Assembly: GCA_944389885.1 (NCBI GenBank)
Contig: CALXNZ010000009.1
Location: 8,715 to 72,714 of the forward strand
DNA length: 64,000 nucleotides
Origin: an uncultured Opitutales bacterium
GTDB taxonomy: Bacteria; Verrucomicrobiota; Verrucomicrobiia; Opitutales; Intestinicryptomonadaceae
Direction: 5' to 3'
How positions within the stretch are numbered: position 1 is the stretch's first letter; each line of letters begins with the position of its first letter. This document shows positions 21,855-31,309 of this stretch, piece by piece. Both the position numbers and the translations under genes were made by a program. The notes beneath the pieces were generated by a model. That model worked only from the letters and a program-made list of their open reading frames with translations. It searched no databases and was not told where the DNA came from.

Positions 21855-23378
21855 CTACCTCCCAATAGAGTCAACCGCGAGATTATCTATGCCTCCGGCT
21901 ATTTTTACCGCTTTCGAGACCGCCTGGGCCTTTATGCGGGTTTCCTCCAATTCCGCGTCTGGATTGGAATCGTAAACGATTCCCGCCCCCGCTTGAACCG
22001 TGAGCATATCTCCCCGCATCTGCAATGTGCGTATGGTTATGGCCATATCCATGTTTCCGCCGTACCCTATGTACCCTGCGGCGCCTCCATAGGGGCCTCT
22101 GCGGCAGCTTTCGAGCTCGTTTATTATCTGCATTGCCCTGACCTTGGGCGCCCCGGAGAGTGTGCCCGCGGGAAACACCGCAGCAAGAGCGTCGAAGGCG
22201 TCAACGCCTGGCTTTGCCTCGCCGTTGACGGTCGAAACCATATGCATCACATGAGAATACCTCTCTATGCTCATAAAGTCCGAAACTTGCACGCTCCCGG
22301 CATAACAAAATCTGGAAATATCGTTGCGGCCCAAATCGACCAGCATCAAATGCTCGGCGCGTTCCTTCTCATTGGCCAATAGCTCTGATGCAAGCTTTAT
22401 ATCTTCATTTTTGTCGCTTCCCCTGCTGCGCGTACCGGCTATTGGACGCACCTGCACTTTGCCGTCGCACAGGCGTATGAGCGTTTCAGGAGAAGACCCG
22501 ACAAGGCATGAACCCCCGGCGTCTCTAAAACAAAACATATATGGAGACGGATTTATCAGCCTCAAGGCTCTGTAAGCCGACAACGGCGTAATATTGGCTT
22601 TTACCCCAAACTTGCGCGAAAGCACAACCTGTATTATCTCTCCGCTGCGTATGTACTCCTTTGCCCGTTCAACCATTTCCATATAAGAACTTCCGTCCAT
22701 TTCGGACCTCATGAAAACTTCTCTTGCAGTGTCGATATCGCGCGACTCCGCAATTCCCGCCTTCGACTCCGACCTGAAAAGCTTTATAAGCTCCGAAACC
22801 CTGCTTGAAGCGTCGGCATATGCTTCCTCAAGGGTGTCGAAGTCGTCGGTATGGGCGCAGGCGACTATCTTCGCGGTGTGGTGGATATTGTCGAATATGA
22901 TTACGTCGTCATAAAGCCCAAAGCGGGCGTCGTCCCATTCCATTTCACCTTTAGGAGGCGGAAGCTTTTCAAATAGATTGACACATTCATAGCCAAAGTA
23001 TCCCACGGCCCCTCCGAAAAATCTCGGCAATTCGGGAAGTTCAGCAATTTTCCGCCCCGCCAGATAATCGCGCAACGGAGAAAGCGCTTCCATGCCTTCG
23101 GCATTTTCCGGAGAGCGGATGAGTTTGCCGCTTTTAAACGCGAGCTCTCCAAGGTTTCCCCTGAGGCGAAATTCCGCGCGCGGATTGCAGCCTATAAACG
23201 AATAGCGCCCCCAATTATCGACATTCTCCGCACTCTCGAGCAGGAATGCGGAAATATTTCTCGGGAGCTTTGCAAAAACCGAAACCGGAGTTTCCATATC
23301 CGCCAGAAGCTCTGTGAACACGGGTATTACGTTTGCCCCGCGAGCTAAGTTTTTAAACTGAGTTATATTCGGTGTCAT
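21855..23378 (-). CDS. trpE: anthranilate synthase component I
   Basis: LLESAE, NPSPYM, PIAGTR, EHLMLVDLGRND and PAGTLSGAPK motifs. Confidence 0.96.
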   Translation of the reverse strand: MTPNITQFKNLARGANVIPVFTELLADMETPVSVFAKLPRNISAFLLESAENVDNWGRYSFIGCNPRAEFRLRGNLGELAFKSGKLIRSPENAEGMEALSPLRDYLAGRKIAELPELPRFFGGAVGYFGYECVNLFEKLPPPKGEMEWDDARFGLYDDVIIFDNIHHTAKIVACAHTDDFDTLEEAYADASSRVSELIKLFRSESKAGIAESRDIDTAREVFMRSEMDGSSYMEMVERAKEYIRSGEIIQVVLSRKFGVKANITPLSAYRALRLINPSPYMFCFRDAGGSCLVGSSPETLIRLCDGKVQVRPIAGTRSRGSDKNEDIKLASELLANEKERAEHLMLVDLGRNDISRFCYAGSVQVSDFMSIERYSHVMHMVSTVNGEAKPGVDAFDALAAVFPAGTLSGAPKVRAMQIINELESCRRGPYGGAAGYIGYGGNMDMAITIRTLQMRGDMLTVQAGAGIVYDSNPDAELEETRIKAQAVSKAVKIAGGIDNLAVDSIGR

Positions 23379-23390
23379 TTTGAGTAGGCC

Positions 23391-23454
23391 AAAAAAAAGC
23401 GGCCAGACAAAAGGCCGCCAAAGTTTAAAATGCTTCTTTTAAACTTATGCGACC
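23391..23454 (-). promoter_or_regulatory. trp attenuator with mutually exclusive antiterminator and terminator
   Basis: Terminator GCGGCC-8nt-GGCCGC-U8 (23391-23418); GGUCGC (23449-23454) can instead pair with its 5' arm across a 10-bp AU hairpin (23421-23446). Confidence 0.82.
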
Positions 23455-23480
23455 CCTCGACTGAACCACCAAGCGTTCAT
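23445..23480 (-). CDS. trpL: trp operon leader peptide MNAWWFSRGVA
   Basis: 11-codon ORF with tandem TGG TGG, between the trp promoter and the attenuator terminator. Confidence 0.85.
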   Translation of the reverse strand: MNAWWFSRGVA

Positions 23481-23502
23481 TTGAAATAAATTTTTTGTGA
23501 AA

Positions 23503-23527
23503 ATTATATCTTTCGGAAATTTGTCAA
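23503..23527 (-). promoter_or_regulatory. trp promoter, TTGACA-N13-TATAAT
   Basis: Perfect consensus hexamers 13 bp apart; the -10 box ends 22 nt upstream of the trpL ATG. Confidence 0.65.
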
Positions 23528-23641
23528 ATAAAATTTTAAATGTTTCTGAAGTTGCCGTCCCTTTATTTTGCCGAAAAGAGCAATAAAAAAACTCATGCCT
23601 ACAGCTTAAACAAAAGCTTAACCTTAAGATTTTCCTAAAAG

Positions 23642-23671
23642 AAAGCGGGCCCCCTTTAAAGGGCCGCCCGC
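23642..23671 (-). terminator. GC-rich hairpin after PEP-CTERM gene 1
   Basis: gcgggc-ccc...ggg-cc-gcccgc, followed by a short T-run on the minus strand. Confidence 0.5.
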
Positions 23672-23692
23672 CCCGCAAAAATTGCGATACAA

Positions 23693-25147
23693 CTAAGAGC
23701 GGCGCCTGCGATATGCCGCAAACGCCAATACTGCCATGCCAAACATTGCCGCTACGGAAGCCGGCTCCGGAATGACCTCGAGAGTATATTCGTAAACGCT
23801 CTCACCTTCGTACTCCACTATGTTCTCCACAATTTTGTATCCGTCTTCATAGCCTTCAAACACAAAGGTTGAGAGCTTTTCATCGCTAAGGTTCTCGTCG
23901 AAGAACAGATGGTCTTCGCCCAAAACATAGTTCTTTATTATAAGTTGCGAGCCGTCCGCAATTATCTTGCCTCCTAAAACAAATACACTTGCCCACAACA
24001 CTTGTCCCACATCGTTCTGTCCGAAATCTACTATGCCGTACATTGTTTGGGCGGGATCGCTATACAGATATAAAGCGTTTATTCTCTCGCTGAATCCGTT
24101 AAGCTCAAACACGCCTCCCAACCCACCCGCAGAGGCGGGATTCTTAAGCTGCACACTCGCTTTGTCCCCGATCTGGTCGGACGCCAATAGCCTGAATGTG
24201 GATCCGCTCATAATTTGAACGGCTGTAGAGCAAACCTGGGCTCCATCTTTCATTCCGGACTCCACAACTATGCCGTTTATCAACTGCATGCCGGTCACCG
24301 ACAATTCGTTGCTCTCGCTGCCGTCGAAACGTATGACGCCAGAGGTATAGCCGGCTACGGCCTGTTGCGCATTGTCGAGAGCCAGAAATACATTCCCGCC
24401 TGTCTTTATCTTTGAGCTTATAATTATATCCCCAGTGTGAATGTTATGTCCGTTAACCTCGTCGCTCTTTGCGTTCATTATATACAACGAATTATAATTG
24501 CCATCGGCATCGGGCAAAACCTCGATTTTATAACCGGCGTCGAAATACAAATTCTTTTTGTCGGCCAGATTCTCCACAGGATCTTCTCTCGAGCTTCCGG
24601 ATTTATTGTAGATAAACATATTTCCACTTGTGGTGGACAACAAATTTACATCAATAGCCACATGAAAATCTTCGTCCCACTGGCAATTTTCCAAGACAAC
24701 ATTGGTTTGTGTATTTATATCGTTAGTGTATGGGGTAGTCAAAGTCAGATTGAGGGAGACGTCGTCGGTAGTTCCCGTGATTCCCCTTACCACATATGTG
24801 CCTTTGTGTTTTAATTGGCTTATAGTAATATCCGAAGATACTTCCACATAAGTTGCAGGCTGATAATTCGGATCTTTTCCAAAAAATCCGGAATAATTGC
24901 CCAAATAGGCTCTATCGCCATCTCCCGGAACAAACCCAGCTGGACGTGTATTATAGCTTCCAGAAGAATTTATATCGCCCGAAGGTGCAACAGTCGACCA
25001 ATTTAACGTGTCTTCCCAATTTCTTGAATATTCCTCACCTTCCAACAACTCTTCCGGTCCTCTCGTAAAGTATAGAGTTGTACCGGCAAATGCTGTTGAG
25101 CCAAACAAGAGCATTAATGACGAAATAATTTTAGAAGAAAATTTCAT
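23693..25147 (-). CDS. PEP-CTERM surface protein, paralog 1
   Basis: Signal peptide; C-terminal VIPEPAS, TM helix and RRRRS; beta-rich passenger-like body. Confidence 0.9.
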   Translation of the reverse strand: MKFSSKIISSLMLLFGSTAFAGTTLYFTRGPEELLEGEEYSRNWEDTLNWSTVAPSGDINSSGSYNTRPAGFVPGDGDRAYLGNYSGFFGKDPNYQPATYVEVSSDITISQLKHKGTYVVRGITGTTDDVSLNLTLTTPYTNDINTQTNVVLENCQWDEDFHVAIDVNLLSTTSGNMFIYNKSGSSREDPVENLADKKNLYFDAGYKIEVLPDADGNYNSLYIMNAKSDEVNGHNIHTGDIIISSKIKTGGNVFLALDNAQQAVAGYTSGVIRFDGSESNELSVTGMQLINGIVVESGMKDGAQVCSTAVQIMSGSTFRLLASDQIGDKASVQLKNPASAGGLGGVFELNGFSERINALYLYSDPAQTMYGIVDFGQNDVGQVLWASVFVLGGKIIADGSQLIIKNYVLGEDHLFFDENLSDEKLSTFVFEGYEDGYKIVENIVEYEGESVYEYTLEVIPEPASVAAMFGMAVLAFAAYRRRRS

Positions 25148-25201
25148 AATGAATTTGGGATTTCTTGATGGGGAAAATATTTATACGCTTCGTTAGAATT
25201 T

Positions 25202-25227
25202 ATCTTATTGATATGCCTTTTTGTCAA
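25202..25227 (-). promoter_or_regulatory. promoter TTGACA-N14-TAAGAT
   Basis: Upstream of PEP-CTERM paralog 1; same spacing as at paralog 2. Confidence 0.5.
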
Positions 25228-25500
25228 CTTTTTTTTATATACCTTTACTTAGATTATTTTGTATTGAATTTTTATCGCATCAAAAGTCACGACATACAAA
25301 AATCTACATAAGTCCAAAAAATCGTCTTTTACTATACCTCACGCCATTAGATTTGATATTTGCTATTTCCTTGACAATTTTATTAAAATATAAAAAATCC
25401 GAAATCGAAAGTGTGAGATATTGATTGCCCTACGAGGCATTTAAATCTCGCCACGGTGAAAGTCCAAATGGAGTCGCCGTTTGTAATCAATACCTGTTTT

Positions 25501-25635
25501 ATGAAACCATTCAACTTTACATTGGCTCTTGCAATCTGCCTTATGGCATTCACTTATTTGTTTACAGTACACGCCCAAGCCGCGCAGCTTCCATCTCAGG
25601 AAGCTACGGTATTTGTTTCATTTCCCGTTCCGTAG
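25501..25635 (+). CDS. small ORF (44 aa), putative secreted peptide
   Basis: MKPFNFTLALAICLMAFTYLFTVHAQA/AQLPSQEATVFVSFPVP; Sec-type signal ending AQA; below the ORF-track cutoff. Confidence 0.45.
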   Translation: MKPFNFTLALAICLMAFTYLFTVHAQAAQLPSQEATVFVSFPVP

Positions 25636-25811
25636 CAGCGCATTTTCAATTTATTATATAAGGGCACATTCCCCGGCGCATAAATTATTTCCCTCACAAC
25701 GTTTAGACATAGGCTGTTGTGTAGCTGTTGGCTTTTCAATAAAGAATTAGAAATTTACTTTATCAAACACGGGCCAGATTCTTAGGCGTATTTCACGTTA
25801 TTTTAAGGCAC

Positions 25812-25846
25812 AAAAAAATCGGGCAAATCGCTGATTTGCCCGATTT
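25812..25846 (-). terminator. intrinsic terminator of PEP-CTERM paralog 2
   Basis: Perfect 14-bp stem aaatcgggcaaatc/gatttgcccgattt, 3-nt loop, T-run on the minus strand. Confidence 0.8.
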
Positions 25847-25856
25847 CCCAGAAAAG

Positions 25857-27323
25857 TTAAGCTACGCGCCTGCGATGCTTCACCACTGCCGCCGCCACTG
25901 CGGCGACTCCTATTAGAACCCCCGCCAACGCCGGTTCCGGAATAGCCGCAAGGGTGTATTCGTAAACGCTTGCGCCTTCGTGCTCGACTATATTTTCCAC
26001 AATTTTATATCCGTTTTCATAACCCTCAAAAACGAAGGTTGCGAGTTTTTCGTCGTCGAGGCTCTCGTTGAAGAATAAGTGGTCTTCGCCCAAAACGTAG
26101 TTTTTAATTATAAGCTGTGAACCGTCCACAATTATGTTTCCGCCCAACATATAAGTGCTTGCCCACAACACCTGTTCCACATTGTTTTGGCCAAAATCCA
26201 CGATTCCGTACATCGCCTGGGCGGGATCGCTATACAAATACAAAGTCGCTATTTTTTCGCTGAATCCGTTAAGCTCAAATACGCCTCCCAATCCTCCCGC
26301 AGAAGTTGGATTCTTAAGCAGCACACTCGCGCTATCTCCCACTTGGTCGGACGCCAGCAATCTAAATGTCGATCCGCTCATAATTTGAATGGCGGTCGAA
26401 GACACCTGGGCGCCTTCCTTCATTCCGGATTCCACTACTACCCCGTTTATCAGCTGTATGCCGGTCGCCGATAATTCGTTGCTTTCGCTGCCGTCAAAAC
26501 GTATCACGCCAGAGGTATAGCCGGCTACGGCCTGTTGCGCATTATCGAGGGCCAGAAATACATGCCCGCCTGTCTTTATCTTTGAGCTTATAATTATATC
26601 CCCAGTGTGAATGTTATGTCCGTTAACCTCGTCGCTCTTTGCGTTCATTATATACAACGAATTATAATTGCCATCGGCATCGGGCAAAACCTCGATTTTA
26701 TAACCGGCGTCGAAATACAAATTCTTTTTGTCGGCCAGATTCTCCACAGGATCTTCTCTCGAGCTTCCGGATTTATTGTAGATATACATATTTCCACTTA
26801 CCTTAGAAAACAAATTCACATTTATGGAAAGATGAAAATCTTCGTCCCACTGACAGTTGTCTAAAACCACATTCGTCTGTGTTCCCTGATCGTTGGTATA
26901 GGAATTGAAAGGGCTTAAAACCAAGTTTATTGAGGCGTCCTCCGTAATGGCAGATATCCCGCGCACGACAAAGGTTCCTTGATGCTTTAGCTGGCTTACA
27001 GTCACTGACGTAGAAACTTTTACATAATTCGTGGATTGGTAATTGGGGTCCGTTCCGAAAAACCCAGAATAACTGCCAATATAAGCCCTGTCGCCCTCTC
27101 CGGGCAGAAAACCTGCCGGACTTGTATTATAAGTTCCGGGAGAATTCACTTCACCGGCAGGAACTACAGTTGATCAATTTAACGTATCTTCCCAATTTCT
27201 TGAATATTCCTCACCTTCAAATAACTCTTCCGGTCCTCTCGTAAAGTATAGAGTTGTACCGGCAAATGCTGTTGAACTTAACATGAGCATCAATATCGAA
27301 AGAAGTTTAGCATAGATTTTCAT
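25857..27323 (-). pseudogene. PEP-CTERM surface protein, paralog 2, interrupted by an in-frame TGA
   Basis: ATG 27323 and its signal peptide are in frame with ORF 25857..27149; TGA at 27174-27176 where paralog 1 has TGG; C-terminal IPEPAL, TM helix and KHRRR. Confidence 0.8.
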
Positions 27324-27370
27324 AATAATTTTTGTTCTAATGGTTAGACTTACCTAACTCACAAAAGTTT

Positions 27371-27396
27371 ATTTTAAAAATTTCTGTTTTTGTCAA
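27371..27396 (-). promoter_or_regulatory. promoter TTGACA-N14-TAAAAT
   Basis: Upstream of PEP-CTERM paralog 2. Confidence 0.5.
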
Positions 27397-27788
27397 CTTT
27401 TTCTTTGAATATTTTTTGAATCAGAATGATTTTATTGGATTTTAACATCGAACTAAAGTTAAACGATAAAAAACCAAATGCAACAAAACTTATAAAGTTG
27501 TTGAATTTTAGACTCTTAAGTTAGCCCTATAATAGAGAGCGAGTTTTGAAAAATTTTATGTGGAAGCTATTTTATCAGCTTTCTATATTAGCATTTACTT
27601 ATTTTTTTGCCCAGTAATCTCAAGCCACACGATTACTCAGCAAGCTGTAATGTGATATTTACTCCATACAGCACAAATTTTCTGATTAGTTTATTCCACG
27701 TCAGCCGGCATTTAATAGACGAGATATATAATAACGTCTTGAACAAAACATTTGACCGTAAAAAAAGGTCCATTAAAAACCATGTTAG

Positions 27789-30251
27789 ATGAGGAACTTA
27801 TTTTTTGCACTGTCCATATTAGTTTGCCTCGACACCGTTGCGACTGAAATTAAGCCGCCACTGGAGGCAACAGCCACTGGAGCTATCTTCCAACAAAGCG
27901 ACAATTTGGAATTTACATTGAGAGAGGATCCCCAAAAAACTCTTTCGTGGAAATTATACGACTGGCGCGGAAATAAAATACAAGAAGGTTCGATGCCACC
28001 CGACGGCAGGCTCAATCTTTCGCCGCTGCCCAACGGATACTACAGCATACGTTTGTACGACGGCGATAAGGAATTTGGCGCCGCCAGAACTTTTGCTGTG
28101 ACATTCGACATTTCAAGCCGAAAGAAATCCCCCAATTCCCCTTACGCCCTCGACTCCGCTCAAAGTTGGCTCGCCAGGAGGAATCCCGACAATCCGCACC
28201 AGCCCGATAACGCTTTTGAAATAGTTTCCGATGTCGCGGCAAAATGCGGAGCTTATACTATAAGGGAACGCATGAGTTGGGGGGAAAGCGAATCCTCTAA
28301 GGGAAAATTCAGCTGGGGAAATTATCAGACAAATGCCGATTTGTTATCGCAACGCGGCATAGGGATACTCGGAATGTACCACGACTCCCCTTTATGGGCC
28401 AGGGGAAAAAACACAAAACTCCCCTCAGACCTCACCGCTACTTATTCCTACGCGAAAGAACTGGCTTCCCACTTCAAAGGCAAGATGATAGCTTGGGAAT
28501 TCTGGAATGAAGAGGATATAAGTTTCACGCAAGAATCCGCATGGGAATACGCGGCGAATATGAAGGCCGCCTATCTTGGATTTAAAGCGGGCAATCCGGA
28601 TATTCCCGTGCTTTTGGGTTCGCTTTGCAAACCCTTGGACGCATACGCCAACGCCATCTTTGAATGCGGCTTGGAAAACTATATGGACATATTCAATTAC
28701 CATATCTATATGCCCGTATCAAAATATCCCCGGATAATGCAAAGCCTTCGCGATTTTTCAGAAAAATACGCCTTCTTGCAAAGTCCGATTTGGATAACAG
28801 AAAACGGCACGAACCATGAGGGGTCCGCAAAAGAGAACTCCCCCATGGAGGGAATAAAGTCCCATTCCTTTGAGCAGGAACTAATAGTTGCCGAACAGCT
28901 GCCAAAACAAATGATACTCTTGCAATTTCTGGGCGCGGATAGAATTTTCGGATTCGTCCTTCCGCCCTACAATGAACGCGGCGGGTCAAAAGACTGGGGT
29001 TATATGCGCCGCGATTTTACTGTAAAGCCGGCTATATCGGCATTTTCCACGCTCACGTTTAACCTCGCCGCCGCGACCCCGCTTGGCGAGCTCAAGCTTA
29101 ATAATGGAGTGCGGGCCTTCCTTTACCTCCAGCCCGACGGAACGCAAACCGTAGTTCTATGGAGCAAATCCGAAATAGACAATTTAGAATCGGAAAATCC
29201 AGACTCCATAAAACTCTCCGACAATATTCCCATTCAACTACAAATCCCTCTCGAAGCTTCCGAAGCAAAAGACGCATATTTCGGATTTGATATAATGGGA
29301 TCGCCCTTAGCATTTAATTGCCGCGACGGAATTCTCAAACTGACCGCGACGAGATTTCCCATGTATATAAACGGACTTCGGGGATTGGCTCCCGACATAA
29401 AATTCAAAAACAACAAAACTCCCGGCGCCCCTAATAGGCCCGACTTGGATAAAACCATAGTTTACAGAGCCGAGTTAAACGAAGATTTCAAGCTCCAGGC
29501 AATGAAGCATATGGCATTTCTAAACAAGCCTACCGGCAAAATCGTCCTGGAAATATATAATTTTTCCGATGAGGAAAAAAGCGGCGCCATAGATGCAACT
29601 GGAGGAGATTTCAAGGGATTGCCGGATTCGCTCAAACTTCCTCCCATGTCAAAAACAAAACTTGAGTTATCGGTATCTCCAAAAGAGGAAACTTTGGTAT
29701 TCTGCGGAAGATTCAACGGAAAAAATACGACTCCCTTAAAGATGGCTGTCGCGTCTTTGGGATTTCTCGATTCTCTCGAACGCAAAACTCCGGCAAATAT
29801 AAACGACCCGTCCCGTTGGCGGGCAAACGCATCGGGAAAGATGAAAATAGAATGGGACGAAACGGAAAAGGCGCTGCGCTTTGATGTCGAGTTCCCCGAC
29901 GGCGGGGACCAATGGGTCTATCCTGAATTTGCGTTTAAGGACAGATTTTCAATCGAGGGGGCAAAATACGCCACCGTCGAAGTAAAATCATCTGTTGGCT
30001 CGAAGCTCCTAAAGCAATCCCTTTTAATGTGCGACGCGCAAAGGGAGGGAAATACTGGGGAATCGGAATATTTCTCTTCCAATCTGCCGGACAAGCAATG
30101 GCAGACTTCCACTATTTGCATATCTCCGCAAAAAATAGATGCAAAGCATGTGAAAAAAATCAAATTTGGGCTCAACGTCAGCAACAAAACAAAAAAAGTC
30201 TCATACTGGATACGAAACCTTACTTTTTACTACGGCAAAAAAACGCAATAA
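27789..30251 (+). CDS. secreted clan GH-A glycoside hydrolase (GH39/GH5-like) with C-terminal beta-sandwich
   Basis: Signal peptide; WEFWNEED acid/base, FNYHIY and IWITENG nucleophile motifs. Confidence 0.7.
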   Translation: MRNLFFALSILVCLDTVATEIKPPLEATATGAIFQQSDNLEFTLREDPQKTLSWKLYDWRGNKIQEGSMPPDGRLNLSPLPNGYYSIRLYDGDKEFGAARTFAVTFDISSRKKSPNSPYALDSAQSWLARRNPDNPHQPDNAFEIVSDVAAKCGAYTIRERMSWGESESSKGKFSWGNYQTNADLLSQRGIGILGMYHDSPLWARGKNTKLPSDLTATYSYAKELASHFKGKMIAWEFWNEEDISFTQESAWEYAANMKAAYLGFKAGNPDIPVLLGSLCKPLDAYANAIFECGLENYMDIFNYHIYMPVSKYPRIMQSLRDFSEKYAFLQSPIWITENGTNHEGSAKENSPMEGIKSHSFEQELIVAEQLPKQMILLQFLGADRIFGFVLPPYNERGGSKDWGYMRRDFTVKPAISAFSTLTFNLAAATPLGELKLNNGVRAFLYLQPDGTQTVVLWSKSEIDNLESENPDSIKLSDNIPIQLQIPLEASEAKDAYFGFDIMGSPLAFNCRDGILKLTATRFPMYINGLRGLAPDIKFKNNKTPGAPNRPDLDKTIVYRAELNEDFKLQAMKHMAFLNKPTGKIVLEIYNFSDEEKSGAIDATGGDFKGLPDSLKLPPMSKTKLELSVSPKEETLVFCGRFNGKNTTPLKMAVASLGFLDSLERKTPANINDPSRWRANASGKMKIEWDETEKALRFDVEFPDGGDQWVYPEFAFKDRFSIEGAKYATVEVKSSVGSKLLKQSLLMCDAQREGNTGESEYFSSNLPDKQWQTSTICISPQKIDAKHVKKIKFGLNVSNKTKKVSYWIRNLTFYYGKKTQ

Positions 30252-30281
30252 ATACTTCAAAACACCCGCATTTAACAGCTC

Positions 30282-31298
30282 TCAAGCCGTCTCAAAAAGC
30301 CTGCGGGCCAAATCCCCGGCGCGGCGCGCGGTTTCTTTTTTTGCGGATTCCATTTCGCCTCGCCTGTTCTCCAAATTCTCGTTGGCTATTCTGGAAAGAT
30401 CGGCAAGGTTGTAGAGATAAGCGTCGCCGACTTCAGCGCAATCGGCTTCCATGTTTCGGGGAACGCCCAAATCTACAAGAAACATAGGCCTTCCGCGCCT
30501 TTCCTCCATGGCCTTTTCCACATCGCGCCTGGAAATGAAAGGCCTGTCGGCGAAACTCGCCGATATTACAATATCAAACCGCGACAAATCCGCGATTGCA
30601 CTGTCGAGGGGCATCGCCGACGATTTTATATCGGCCGCCAAAGATTCCGCATTCGCAAGAGTTCGACTGCTTATCACTATGCTTTCTGCTCCGCGCACGC
30701 GCAATGCTTCCGCGACGAGCCTTCCGGCCTCTCCCGAGCCTATGAGAAGTATTCTCGTCAGGGAGATATCGTCGAAAATTCTGCATGCGAGTTCTGAGCT
30801 GACGCTGCCTATGCTTATTTTACCGCGACCGATATCGGTATTTGTGCGAATCCATTTTGCGCATTGGGCGGCTTTTTGGAAAACCGGATTTAAAACAGAA
30901 CCGCAATGTCCGGCATCGCATGCGGCTGCGTAAGCGGCCTTCACTTGACCCAATATCTCCGTCTCCCCCGTCATCTGCGACTGCAATCCCGACGCAACCT
31001 CAAACAGATGCTCCACTGCGTCGCAATTTTTTGCCACATTTAATCCGAACCCGGCGTCCCGCCATGCCTTAGGCATTGCTTCGAGTATTTTTTCCAAAGG
31101 AATATTCTCCCCCACGACATAGAGTTCAACCCTGTTGCAAGTGCTCAATATCAAGGCTTCAGAACACCCCAAAGCAATAAAAACCTCCTCGAGTTTGCGG
31201 CATTCCCCGCCGCGCATTCCGCAAGCCCCTATTATATCCGGGGAAGACGTAATATGGGATATTCCCATTGCGTACAAATTTTTTCCCTGAGCGCGCAT
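30282..31298 (-). CDS. hemA: glutamyl-tRNA reductase
   Basis: LSTCNRVELY, GETEILGQVK, GSGEAG and DLGVPRN motifs; start 31298 avoids overlap with the upstream gene. Confidence 0.9.
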   Translation of the reverse strand: MRAQGKNLYAMGISHITSSPDIIGACGMRGGECRKLEEVFIALGCSEALILSTCNRVELYVVGENIPLEKILEAMPKAWRDAGFGLNVAKNCDAVEHLFEVASGLQSQMTGETEILGQVKAAYAAACDAGHCGSVLNPVFQKAAQCAKWIRTNTDIGRGKISIGSVSSELACRIFDDISLTRILLIGSGEAGRLVAEALRVRGAESIVISSRTLANAESLAADIKSSAMPLDSAIADLSRFDIVISASFADRPFISRRDVEKAMEERRGRPMFLVDLGVPRNMEADCAEVGDAYLYNLADLSRIANENLENRRGEMESAKKETARRAGDLARRLFETA

Positions 31299-31309
31299 TT
31301 CAACCCGCC

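Larger units (their letters stand above)
24395..26784. repeat. 220-bp identical direct repeat inside the two PEP-CTERM paralogs (24395-24614 = 26565-26784)
   Basis: Base-by-base comparison by eye, offset 2170; flanks carry many synonymous differences. Confidence 0.85.

Noticed and set aside
23445-23678. 77-aa ORF upstream of trpE as a real gene
   Set aside because: It spans a terminator and the trp promoter; only its last 11 codons (trpL) make sense.
25454-25466. GGTGAAAGTCC resembling a group II intron or RNase P motif
   Set aside because: The flanks do not form the expected stem and no other intron or RNase P elements are present.
27174-27176. TGA recoded as Trp (alternative genetic code)
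   Set aside because: TGA is the normal stop of rpmJ and the gp26-like gene, and Trp is TGG elsewhere, including trpL.
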